A DNA stretch of 64,000 bases from an uncultured Candidatus Entotheonella sp. (GTDB taxonomy: Bacteria; Tectomicrobia; Entotheonellia; Entotheonellales; Entotheonellaceae), in assembly GCA_965215335.1 (NCBI GenBank), contig CBDCDA010000002.1, positions 960,001 to 1,024,000 of the forward strand. The letters run 5' to 3'. Position numbers and translations under genes: made by a program. Under the pieces are notes generated by a model. The model was not told the DNA's origin, searched no databases, and was given only the letters and a program-made list of their open reading frames with translations. Of this stretch, positions 1 to 8,699 are shown one piece after another (the stretch's first letter is position 1; each line of letters starts with the position of its first letter).

Positions 1-307
1 GCTTCAGGACGGTGGGGTCGTCCTGTGCCATGGCGGCCGTGGGGGCCAGAGGGTGCTGCGGGGAAGGCCCGGCCAGAAGAGCGAGCGCGGCGCATGCCGC
101 GAGCAAAGCAAGCGCAAGCTTGTGCATGAATGGTCTCCCTGAGTATCGGCATGTTGTGGAATGGCGCCACGTTATAAGCCCGGCAAACCCTTGTCAATAC
201 CGGTCACAGGTGTCCCGCATGGTGTTTTGACCTGACAAACGGGGCCGAGGTAGAATGCCCGGTATCGCAACGCGCCAATCGGAACAAGCCGGAAAAGGGG
301 GAGCCTC

Positions 308-1186
308 ATGACGGATGTCAGGTGTGTACTGGACGTGCGGGCCGAGCTGGGCGAATGTCCGACGTGGAGCAGGGAAGAGCATCGGTTGTACTGGGTCAAC
401 ATCAACGGGCGCACGGTCAACCGGTTCGATCCGGCCACCGGCGACAACGAGGTCTGCCAGTTGTCCGAGCAGATCGGCTCCTTCGTGCTGCGCGACCAGG
501 GCGGCCTGGTGGTGGCGTTGCGCTCGGGTTTTCACTTCCTCGATTTCGACACTGCCGTGCTCACCCCAATCGTCGACCCGGAGGCGGACAAGCCGGACAA
601 TCGTTTCAACGATGGGCGTTGTGGACCCGATGGGCGATTCTGGGCCGGCACCATGCGCGATCCCCAGGACCCGGCGCAGCGCACCGGCGCGTTGTACTGT
701 CTCGACACGGACCTGAGCTGGCGCACCATGGTGTCTGGCGTCGGCGTCAGCAACGGTCTGGCGTTCAGCCCCGACGGCGGCACGATGTATTACGCCGATA
801 CCAGGCAGGAGACCATCTGGACGTTCGACTTTAATGCCGGAGACGGAACCCTCGGCAACCGCCGCGTATTCGCCACCACGCACGACCTGCCGGGCCGTCC
901 CGACGGCGGCTGCGTGGACGCCGAAGGGTTTTACTGGTCGGCCAACGTCGACGGCTGGCAGATGGTGCGGTTTGCGCCGGACGGCAGCGTGGACCGCACG
1001 GTGAAGCTGCCGGTGCAAAAGCCGACCATGCCGGCCTTCGGGGGCGATGATCTGGAGATCATGTATATCACCACCATCGGCTCCGGCGGCAGCACGCCTC
1101 TGCAGCCCGGGCAGCCGCGGGCCGGCAGCATCTTCGCCTGCGAACCCGGCATGCGCGGCCTGCCGGAACCGAAGTTCCGCGGTTAG
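308..1186 (+). CDS. SMP-30/gluconolactonase/LRE-family beta-propeller protein
   Basis: Motifs LGECPTW, RFNDG, SNGLAFSPDG and PDGGCVDAEG; RBS GGGGAG upstream. Confidence 0.9.
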   Translation: MTDVRCVLDVRAELGECPTWSREEHRLYWVNINGRTVNRFDPATGDNEVCQLSEQIGSFVLRDQGGLVVALRSGFHFLDFDTAVLTPIVDPEADKPDNRFNDGRCGPDGRFWAGTMRDPQDPAQRTGALYCLDTDLSWRTMVSGVGVSNGLAFSPDGGTMYYADTRQETIWTFDFNAGDGTLGNRRVFATTHDLPGRPDGGCVDAEGFYWSANVDGWQMVRFAPDGSVDRTVKLPVQKPTMPAFGGDDLEIMYITTIGSGGSTPLQPGQPRAGSIFACEPGMRGLPEPKFRG

Positions 1187-1980
1187 AGCGTGTCGACGAT
1201 CTTGCGCAGCCCCTCGCCGAGTTTCATCAGCGCCGCCTGGTAGATGAAGCGATCCCAGCCGATGCAGAAGTGTCGCACGCCCAGCTGCACGTAGTGCCTG
1301 GCCTGCTCCACATCGGCGATCTCCATGCGCGGCGGCACGCCGCAGGCGATGGATTTCCTGATGACCATTTCCTCGAAGGGGCGGATTTCCGGCGTGAACA
1401 TGAGGCCGGGGCTGCCCCGCGAGAAGCCGAAATCGGCCGGCCCCCACTGGTTCATGTCAACGCCCTTGTCCCTGGCTGCCTGCAGAATCGCGTCCAATTG
1501 GTCTACCGCCACGTCCTTCTCGATCATGATCAGCAACACGACCGATTGCAGGTCGTCCACATACCCGTCGGGGTTGTAGCTCGTCAGCGCCGGGCGGCGC
1601 AGCTTGACGCCCATGTGCCCGCCAACGTCCGGCATGTCGGCGCGGATCGCCTGGTGGCAAAGCTGCACGTCCTCTACGGTGCGGACGTCCGTAAACAGCA
1701 CCGCCTTGAACCCCGCCCCGATGGAGGCCTGGGCCCAGAACGCCTGACTGCGCTGGTCCGGCTTGATCATCAGCGGCAGGTTGCCGCACTGGCCGGCGCG
1801 CGCCATGTGGTAGAGCAGTTGCATGTCGAAGGCGCTGTACTCGGCGCAGAATTCGCCGTAGTCATACAGGCCGGTGTCGCCGATGATCTCGGGCAGGTCG
1901 GGATCGGACGACAGGTAATGGGTGCCGATGGTGGGTTTGCCGGCGTCCAGTTTCTCGCGCAGCGTGTTGGTCATGATCAT
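1183..1980 (-). CDS. HpcH/HpaI aldolase-family protein
   Basis: N-terminus NTLREKLDAGKPTIG; motifs MIEK and WGPADFGFSRG; GGAGG upstream of ATG 1980. Confidence 0.8.
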   Translation of the reverse strand: MIMTNTLREKLDAGKPTIGTHYLSSDPDLPEIIGDTGLYDYGEFCAEYSAFDMQLLYHMARAGQCGNLPLMIKPDQRSQAFWAQASIGAGFKAVLFTDVRTVEDVQLCHQAIRADMPDVGGHMGVKLRRPALTSYNPDGYVDDLQSVVLLIMIEKDVAVDQLDAILQAARDKGVDMNQWGPADFGFSRGSPGLMFTPEIRPFEEMVIRKSIACGVPPRMEIADVEQARHYVQLGVRHFCIGWDRFIYQAALMKLGEGLRKIVDTL

Positions 1981-2162
1981 GGGGGCCGTTCCTTCCTCCG
2001 CAAAAAGGGCATGCCAGTGGGCAGGGTTGCCGGCAATCCGGCGTGGCCGCGTATTATCAGTTGCCAGCAACCTCTTGTAAACAATGTGATTGGAACCGCT
2101 TTCTTGCCAAAACCCGGTCTACGGAGTATAGTCCGGGTCTTTCTCGAAAAAGGGTTGGACGC

Positions 2163-2624
2163 ATGGCAGACAAGGGTGGCAAGAAAATCATCTGCGTCAA
2201 CAAGCGGGCACGCTTCGACTATGCGATCGACGAGGTTTGCGAAGCGGGTCTGGTCTTGCACGGGACGGAAGTCAAATCCCTGCGCGCCGGGCGGGCGACC
2301 TTGAAGGATGCTTACGCCGAGGTCCGCGACGGCGAGATGTTTTTGCTGCATGCGCACATCAATCAGTACGAGCAGGCCAATCGTTTTAATCACGAGCCTG
2401 AGCGGCCCCGCAAGCTCCTCCTGCACAAGCGGGAGATTCACCGGCTTGCCGGCAAGACGCAGGAGCGGGGGTTGACGCTGGTTCCGACCCGCATGTATTT
2501 CAGCCGCGGCAAGGCCAAGGTCGAGCTGGGGCTCGCCAAGGGCAAGCGGCAGTACGACAAGCGACAGGACATGAAACGCCGCGATGCGCAGCGCGACATC
2601 GCGCGGGCGCTGGCCGGTGAATAA
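2163..2624 (+). CDS. smpB: SsrA-binding protein
   Basis: Motifs NKRARFDY, EAGLVLHGTEVKSLR, RKLLLHKREI and KGKRQYDKR; directly upstream of tmRNA. Confidence 0.98.
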   Translation: MADKGGKKIICVNKRARFDYAIDEVCEAGLVLHGTEVKSLRAGRATLKDAYAEVRDGEMFLLHAHINQYEQANRFNHEPERPRKLLLHKREIHRLAGKTQERGLTLVPTRMYFSRGKAKVELGLAKGKRQYDKRQDMKRRDAQRDIARALAGE

Positions 2625-2631
2625 CCAGCAA

Positions 2632-2992
2632 GGGGGCGAAAGGATTTCGACGGGGGTACATGACGTTACGGTTGCATGCCGAGGACTCCGCTGGCCTCGT
2701 TAAAAAGCGGAACAAAACATAATCGCCAACGATTATGAGGTAGCTCTGGCCGCTTAATCCCGGCCAGCGTCTCCCTGTCACCCGCCCACGGTGTCAGGCC
2801 CAGGCGTCACGATGTGGGATAGCCCGTTGTTCTCCCCGCCTGGGGAGAGCGCGGTGCGAAATCTAATCCAGGCTAGCGTCTTCCTTGCCCGGCCGGGGAG
2901 GTCGGGAAGAGGCGAAATCATTTTCCCTGGACAAGCATGTAGAGACTGTGACCGAAGGCTTTCGGACGCGGGTTCGATTCCCGCCGCCTCCA
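2632..2992 (+). ncRNA. ssrA: tmRNA; tag peptide (A)ANDYEVALAA* encoded at 2725-2757
   Basis: 5' end GGGGGCGAAAGGATTTCGAC; 3' T-arm GCGGGTTCGATTCCCGC followed by CGCCTCCA; tag ORF ends in ALAA. Confidence 0.97.
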
Positions 2993-3157
2993 TTCTCCTT
3001 CCTGTTCACGACACCCGCTTGAAAAGCCACAACCCGGCGTGGTTACTAGCCCTGACGAGGCCACGCCCATCAACCCCTCACCATCCGAACCCCATCCAGA
3101 CACCACCCGTTCATCGTCCATTAGTGCCCAATTAGTGCCCGATGAACGGGCGCTCCA

Positions 3158-3544
3158 ACACGTCATAGCGGCTTGGCCCGCCCTATCCGCGGAAAATCGG
3201 CAGCGCATTCTTGCGATTGTCCACGAAAGGAGTGCGCCATGATGAAGGAGGTGGGTCGGCAGGGCTCGGCAGTTAAGGTGGGTAAAGAGATAGGGGCGCC
3301 CAGATTTGAACCCACTTCCGTGATCGACGCGAAACCACAGATCGACCACAACTGGCCGCAGTCCGTAATCATCCTACCACCGATTCGACAGCCGAACCCC
3401 AGCCTGACGACACCCAGACACATGAATTGTATGCCAATGTCCGGGTACGCGGCCTTGGCAGGCGTGGTCGCCGCTTGGCCCAGTCTATCTTCGGAAGACC
3501 AGCAGCGCATTCTGGCGATCGTCCAAGGAAGGAGTGCGCCTTGA
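3158..3544 (+). repeat. Two ~85-bp direct repeats (3158-3242 and 3460-3544) forming the ends of two small ORFs
   Basis: HVIAAWPALSAENRQRILAIVHERSAP* versus GVVAAWPSLSSEDQQRILAIVQGRSAP*; DNA visibly similar. Confidence 0.8.
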
Positions 3545-3667
3545 GAGAGGAGATCGTAGGAACCGACGGGACCCATTAGAAATACGATGGGCGAAAAAAT
3601 AACTGCCCTCATTCTGGCCGGAATAAGGGCAGCAAGTCGAACAACCAGATACGTAAGGAAATATACC

Positions 3668-4213
3668 ATGCAGCGGAAGGAGACGCCATCTCAAATCGTC
3701 ATGGGTCCACAGATGTTCAAGGACACCCTCTACGGCGACACCGAAACCGGCTGGCTCACCATCTTCTACACCCCCAGCCGCCGAACCGTCTGGTTTCCCG
3801 TCACCGATCCCGTTCCCGCCCTCGATCTTGAGCAGAATTGCTACCTCGGCCTGGGCATCCGGCGACAACGACCGGACAACGGTGGAGGACGCGGCAAGAC
3901 CGAGGACATCATCGGCGTCCCCGGCCTGTGGCTCGACCTCGACTACCAAAGCCCCGGCGCCCACAAGACGCGGCATCCATTACCGCCAAGCGAAGACGCG
4001 GCCCTGTCCCTGCTTGGCGCCGCGCCCTACAAGCCGTCCCTCATGGTCCACTCCGGCCACGGCTTCCAGGTCTATTGGCTGTTCAAGGAAATCACCTGCT
4101 TCGATACCAGGGACGGCCGGGATGCCTTCACCCGACTGTGCCGCGGCTGGCAACGACTTTTCCAGCAGGCCGGGCGTGACAAGGGCTGGCACGTGGACAG
4201 CACTGCCGACCTA
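3668..4213 (+). pseudogene. RepB'/AEP-like DNA primase, N-terminal part, truncated by IS5
   Basis: Motifs GLWLDLD and MVHSGHGFQVYW; ORF runs into the IS left end. Confidence 0.7.
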
Positions 4214-5056
4214 GGCTCAGGACCTATAAAAGGGTATCATTGATCATGTAGGATTCAAGACCCTAACTTCATAAGGAGGTTCATCATGCCCGATCACTGC
4301 TTCTGGCTATCCGACGTGCAGTTTGCCCGCCTGAAACCCCTGCTACCCACCAAGGTGCGGGGCGTCCCACGCGTCGATGACCGAAAAGTCATCAGCGGCA
4401 TCATCCACGTCATTCGATACGGTCTGATGTGGCGCCACGCGCCCGCCTGCTACGGTCCCCACAAGACGCTCTACAACCGCTTCGTGCGCTGGAGCAAGGC
4501 CGGTGTCTTCGACCGCATCTTCCAAACCTTGGCCGCCGACAGCACGGCCACCGAGACCGTCATGATCGACAGCACGCATCTCAAGGCGCATCGCACCGCT
4601 GCCAGCCTGCTTGAGGGGGGGCTTTTCCGCGTCATATCGGGCGTACCCGAGGCGGCCTCAACTCGAAACTTCACGCCGTCTGCGACGGCGACGGCAAGCC
4701 CGTCGTCATGGTGTTGACTGCGGGCCAGGTCAGCGACTATCGCGGGGCGGACATGGCGCTGCCCGCATTGCCGGAGGCCGACGTGCTGATTGCCGACAAG
4801 GGTTATGACAGCAACCGGCTGCGCAAGGCGCTTGCCGAGCGCAAGATCAAGCCCTGTATTCCAGGCCGTGCCAATCGTAAAGAGCCGATTGTCTACGACA
4901 CGGAGCTCTACAAGAGCCGTAATCTCATCGAGCGCCTGTTCGGTCGTCTCAAGGATTGGCGTCGCATCGCCACGCGCTATGACCGGTGTGCGCACACCTT
5001 TTTCAGTGCCATCTGCCTTGCTGCCACGGTCATCTTCTGGATATGAGTCCTGAACC
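4214..5056 (+). mobile_element. IS5-family element, copy 1 (843 bp; two ORFs joined by a frameshift near the G7 run)
   Basis: Inverted repeats GGCTCAGGACCTATA / TATGAGTCCTGAACC; TA on both flanks; DDE motifs MIDST, ADKGYDS and IERLFGRLKDWRRIATRYD. Confidence 0.95.
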
Positions 5057-5935
5057 TAAATAGGTCACGGTAATCTGTTCGCGCCCATGCCCCATCTCCG
5101 CACTGATGACACGCCGCGCCCGCTCGTCCAATGCTTTCTCGCGTGAGGGCAGGTCCCGGGTCGACGGCCCACCCGCCAGCGGACACGGCCAGCCGGTCAG
5201 TTCCTCATAACGCGCCTGCGCATAGGCGTGCCGCAACCCGTGCGGACGGCGTATCCCGGCCTTGTACGTCTGCCGTTCGTAGACCTTGATATGCTGGTAG
5301 TACGTTGCCGTCGGAATGAGCGAGCGCTCGGGCGTCGTCCTGGCCAGTTCCCTGGCCCGCTCCACCAGGTCGCGCTGTTCGGGCGTGCGGATGGGAACCT
5401 CGCGTTGGCGCCTTCCTTTGCACCAGGAGCCTTGCAGGACCAGGCTGTCGCCCTGGTCGGCCTCGTGCGGTCTTATCTTCGTGGCTTCCTCGCGCCGCAT
5501 GCCGAATTTCTCCTCGAACGCCAGGCTGATGCGGACATACGGACTCGGTACTTGCTCCAACATCTCCGGCGTGAGCCTGAAAGCCTTCGAGTGCTTCGCA
5601 CCATGCGAGCGGTCCGGGATGCCCAACTCGGCATTGGTGCGCGGCACCAGGTTCGGTTTGCCGATCTTGGCCGCCAGCCAGCGAACCGTGGACATACGGC
5701 CCTTGATCGTCACGATCGCCAACTCCTTTTCCAGCCAGTGACGGACCAGGGCATCGAGGTGCTTGCGCTTGAAATTGCCCGGCGACAGATGCCGGTACCC
5801 CATCTCCGAGAGTTCACGCGCCATGATGTGCAGGTGAGAGGCCCGGTTCGCCTGCGTCCCCGCACTGCCCTCGCGGTTGTTGGCCGCCTCGAACTTGTGA
5901 AACAGGTACTTGTTATTGGGCTTGTTGCCCGCCAT
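5030..5935 (-). CDS. Tyrosine recombinase/integrase-like protein; IS5 abuts its last native codons
   Basis: Catalytic set R (GMRREEA), K (WCKG), HxxR (HGLRH), H (MGHGR) and Y (TVTYLG) all present. Confidence 0.85.
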   Translation of the reverse strand: MAGNKPNNKYLFHKFEAANNREGSAGTQANRASHLHIMARELSEMGYRHLSPGNFKRKHLDALVRHWLEKELAIVTIKGRMSTVRWLAAKIGKPNLVPRTNAELGIPDRSHGAKHSKAFRLTPEMLEQVPSPYVRISLAFEEKFGMRREEATKIRPHEADQGDSLVLQGSWCKGRRQREVPIRTPEQRDLVERARELARTTPERSLIPTATYYQHIKVYERQTYKAGIRRPHGLRHAYAQARYEELTGWPCPLAGGPSTRDLPSREKALDERARRVISAEMGHGREQITVTYLGSGLISRR

Positions 5936-5944
5936 CAGGCGCAC

Positions 5945-6175
5945 CCCTGACCTTCGTTTTTCAGCCCGAAAAGAGCTCGGAACGCTGCCGGATTGTCGCT
6001 GCGCTCAGTGTTGCTGGTCACAAGCCCTGACGTATCAGAGCGCGTACGGTAAACCGCCAACAGCGTGCAAACCGTTACTTCCGCTAAGGAAGCAGACCAG
6101 CTCAGTCCCGAAGGACTCGTTTGGGATAACCCGTCCTGCCCCGACAGCCTGGTGGCCGAGGGAAGCAGGGAAAAA
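5945..6175 (-). ncRNA. Candidate structured ncRNA or leader directly upstream of the recombinase
   Basis: At least six stems; UUCG and UACG tetraloops; GCUGGUC/GACCAGC closing helix; G-U pairs valid only on the minus strand. Confidence 0.6.
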
Positions 6176-6306
6176 AGTTGAGGGTCAGCCATTTTGGCTA
6201 CGCCGTTGTTTGGCGTTTTTTCCCCAAAATGACGTTTGCGGCCCTTTATAAATCCATAAGGCTCCTTTATTCAGTCAGTTAGCGTTTCAAGGCGCGGCGT
6301 TTCCGG

Positions 6307-6575
6307 GCGTCGTCTCTACCCGCTCGCTGGCGCTCACGGTAGAGACGACGCTGGCGCGCCGTAGCAGCAAGGCGTGGCGGCTGGACGCCGCCGCCTTGCC
6401 TGCGCCCCTGGACGGGGCGCCCGGGCTGTTGTCGGCTGGACGCCGCCAGGAGGCGCCTTGGGGCGCCCGGAAAGAACGCGCCGCTGGACGCGGCACGCAA
6501 ACCGTGACGGCACCGGATGCCGCCACCATGACCGGCGGTTGCCCGCCGGCCGTCGGTCATGCCGTCAGACGGCAC
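6307..6575 (+). other. Hairpin cluster: one 14-bp perfect stem plus four stems with an identical TGGAC loop; candidate ssDNA origin/ssi region
   Basis: gcgtcgtctctacc (6307-6320) pairs with ggtagagacgacgc (6338-6351); CTGGACG at 6381, 6408, 6436 and 6484, each capping a stem. Confidence 0.55.
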
Positions 6576-6848
6576 GGCAGAGAAGCCCCTACGCGCCGAC
6601 CGGCGCCGCCACGGGCAGGCAGCCGCCCATGTCCCTGCCAACCTCCGGGTCTTCCCCGAAGTCCCGGCAGGCATACCAGGCATACACGGTGCGGCGCTCC
6701 CACTCGCGGCACGCCCGGCACCGCAAGGGAACCGCCGAATCGCGACACGCCGCACAGGCGAATACCACCCGCGTGCAGCTTCATTCAATCGTGTCGGTCA
6801 TAACCTCGTGGCATCCAACACACGATCCTTCTACAGGATCCATCATTT

Positions 6849-6930
6849 TCCGCTCCTTCTCACAAGAGCGGACCGGCAAGGCAATTGCCCCGGCCCACTC
6901 CGCAACGACGTGGACAGGGGCTTTGCCCCA
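6849..6930 (-). repeat. Conserved upstream double-hairpin repeat, copy A (heads a 21-codon ORF at 6781-6846)
   Basis: GGGGCA..CCCCTGTCCAC..GTGGGCCGGGG..TGCC.TGCCGGTCCGCTC..AAGGAGCGG then ATG. Confidence 0.9.
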
Positions 6931-6955
6931 ATGTCATGGCGCCCCCACTGGACGC

Positions 6956-8068
6956 TCAGTCTTTCTCGGGCGCCACAAGGGCATAAACCCCCGCGCACCC
7001 CGTCAAGCCTTCAACGACCACGAGCACCGGCGAGAACTTCATGCGCACGTGCATCACGCCGGACAGTTGTTCCAAGGCGTCGCTCAGGTACCTGCCGTTG
7101 AAGACAACCGGCGGTCCCACCCCTTCCACCGTCGCCTTTACGCACTCGACAGCCACGATGTCTTCCGCCGCATTCTTCATGCTCAGCATCACACCGTCTT
7201 CGTTCACCTGCACCCGAATGGGTACGACTCGAAGGCCAGACCCCAAGGCAAGCAATCGGCAACAGGCCGCCGCCAACGCTGACCTCGATGCCGCAACGCT
7301 GCCACCAAATTCACTCGGTATCGCTGTCTCGTAGTCCGGGTACCGACCTTCCATCAGATCGGCCCACAGCAACACCGAGCCGGCACGAACCGCCGCGACC
7401 TTTTCGTACACCTCCAGAGTCACCGTGCTGTTCAGCCGGACCCCCTCGGTCAGAAGCCGCACCGGAAGAATCCCGGACACCCGTTCACTCGTCTCGACGG
7501 CGCTCCCCGCTGGAAGCGCCGTTTCATGATGCGCCAGCCGGTGTCCGTCCGTCCCGACCAGCTTCACCTTGCGATCTCCGACCTCGAAGTACACCCCGCC
7601 CAACGTGTAGCGGGTTTCGTCCCTCGACACCGCGTAAGCAACCTGCCGCACCAGCGGCGCCGTTACCGGTATCGAGGCAAGGCGTCCCATCGCCGGCGCA
7701 TCGATCTCCGGAAATTCCCGGGGATCGAACCCGGCCATCCGAACCTCCGACGAACTGGATGCCAACACGACCTCGTATCCTTCATCGCCGTCAAGTTCCC
7801 TGTGGAGCGCTACACGACTCTGCGGCATCGTCTTCAACACCTTCTCGAAGCCGCGGACGGGAACGGCTACCGTCCCCGGTCGCGGCGTCCGGGCATCCAC
7901 CTCGATCTGACACCACAAGCTCAGATCCGTTGCCGTCAACCTGGCCCGACCAAAGCCCGCCGACATCACGACGTGCTGCAACGCCTTCGGTCCCGAAGGA
8001 CGCTCCGCGAAGTTCTTCAGCGTGCTGACCGCCTTCCACATCTGGCGCCTGTCAACGTTGATTTCCAT
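6956..8068 (-). CDS. dnaN: DNA polymerase III beta sliding clamp homologue (mobile-element copy)
   Basis: Motifs LTATDL, AVSRDETRYTLGGVYF, VGTDGHRLA, EGRYPDY and FNGRYLSDAL. Confidence 0.85.
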   Translation of the reverse strand: MEINVDRRQMWKAVSTLKNFAERPSGPKALQHVVMSAGFGRARLTATDLSLWCQIEVDARTPRPGTVAVPVRGFEKVLKTMPQSRVALHRELDGDEGYEVVLASSSSEVRMAGFDPREFPEIDAPAMGRLASIPVTAPLVRQVAYAVSRDETRYTLGGVYFEVGDRKVKLVGTDGHRLAHHETALPAGSAVETSERVSGILPVRLLTEGVRLNSTVTLEVYEKVAAVRAGSVLLWADLMEGRYPDYETAIPSEFGGSVAASRSALAAACCRLLALGSGLRVVPIRVQVNEDGVMLSMKNAAEDIVAVECVKATVEGVGPPVVFNGRYLSDALEQLSGVMHVRMKFSPVLVVVEGLTGCAGVYALVAPEKD

Positions 8069-8072
8069 TGCT

Positions 8073-8158
8073 TCCGCTCCTTTCCGTTCGGAGCGGACCG
8101 GCAGGGCATGCGCCCCCCGGCCCACTCCGCATCCAAGTGGACAGGGGACGATGCCCCA
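8073..8158 (-). repeat. Conserved upstream double-hairpin repeat, copy B (heads the dnaN-like gene)
   Basis: Same consensus as copy A; ends 4 nt before ATG 8068. Confidence 0.9.
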
Positions 8159-8214
8159 GGATTCAGGCCGGGCTGGTGCCCGGGACCCTTCAGCGTTCGT
8201 TCATTCCAGAAACG

Positions 8215-8433
8215 TCAACAATCCTCGGCGTGCTTGCTCAAAAAGACTTCGTAGCGTTCCCTTGTCTCAGCGAGATGATTCCGCTGGACGTGCAGCCCGC
8301 GAAGCCTGGCTTCCCGGTCGGCGAGGTCCGCCTCGCAGGAAGCAATTGCCTCCACAACCTCTTGCAGGTCGCAACACACATCATCGAGAGCCGCCCGGTA
8401 CGCGGCCCTGTTCATGGCCATGAGTCGATCCAT
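8215..8433 (-). CDS. Small coiled-coil hypothetical protein (72 aa)
   Basis: Strong RBS inside repeat C; heptad pattern; fills the gap between repeats B and C. Confidence 0.7.
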   Translation of the reverse strand: MDRLMAMNRAAYRAALDDVCCDLQEVVEAIASCEADLADREARLRGLHVQRNHLAETRERYEVFLSKHAEDC

Positions 8434-8520
8434 GGTCCGCTCCTTTCCATTCCAGAGCGGACCGGCAGGGCAATGGCCCCCGTCCGCTCCGCAAACGAGT
8501 GGACAGGGGGATTGCCCCCA
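8434..8520 (-). repeat. Conserved upstream double-hairpin repeat, copy C
   Basis: GGTCCGCTC...GAGCGGACC stem directly abuts ATG 8433. Confidence 0.9.
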
Positions 8521-8699
8521 ACAATTCGTTATGGACGCCTGGCAAGGTCACCCGACACCAGACGCCCGCGCTCCGTAACCTCCAGCACGCCGCCGGTTTC
8601 AGACAGCAAACCAGCTGCTACAAGCTCCCTTGGCCCCGATTCATCCACACCATCGCAGGGCGTCCTGAGATCAGCCAGCCGGGAGCAAAGACCTTCTCC

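Noticed and set aside
1..2992. Assigning a host taxon from smpB or the tmRNA tag
   Set aside because: The tag looks deltaproteobacteria-like, but this cannot be supported without a database search.
3290..3313. Functional tRNA gene
   Set aside because: Only a T-loop/acceptor-like fragment; no cloverleaf.
5985..5991. 7-nt complementarity between the leader RNA (CCGGCAG) and the repeat linker (CUGCCGG)
   Set aside because: Too short to exceed chance in high-GC DNA without covariation data.
6094..6122. GTCC-CGAA-GGAC stem as hammerhead ribozyme stem II
   Set aside because: The CUGANGA and GAAA core is absent on both strands.
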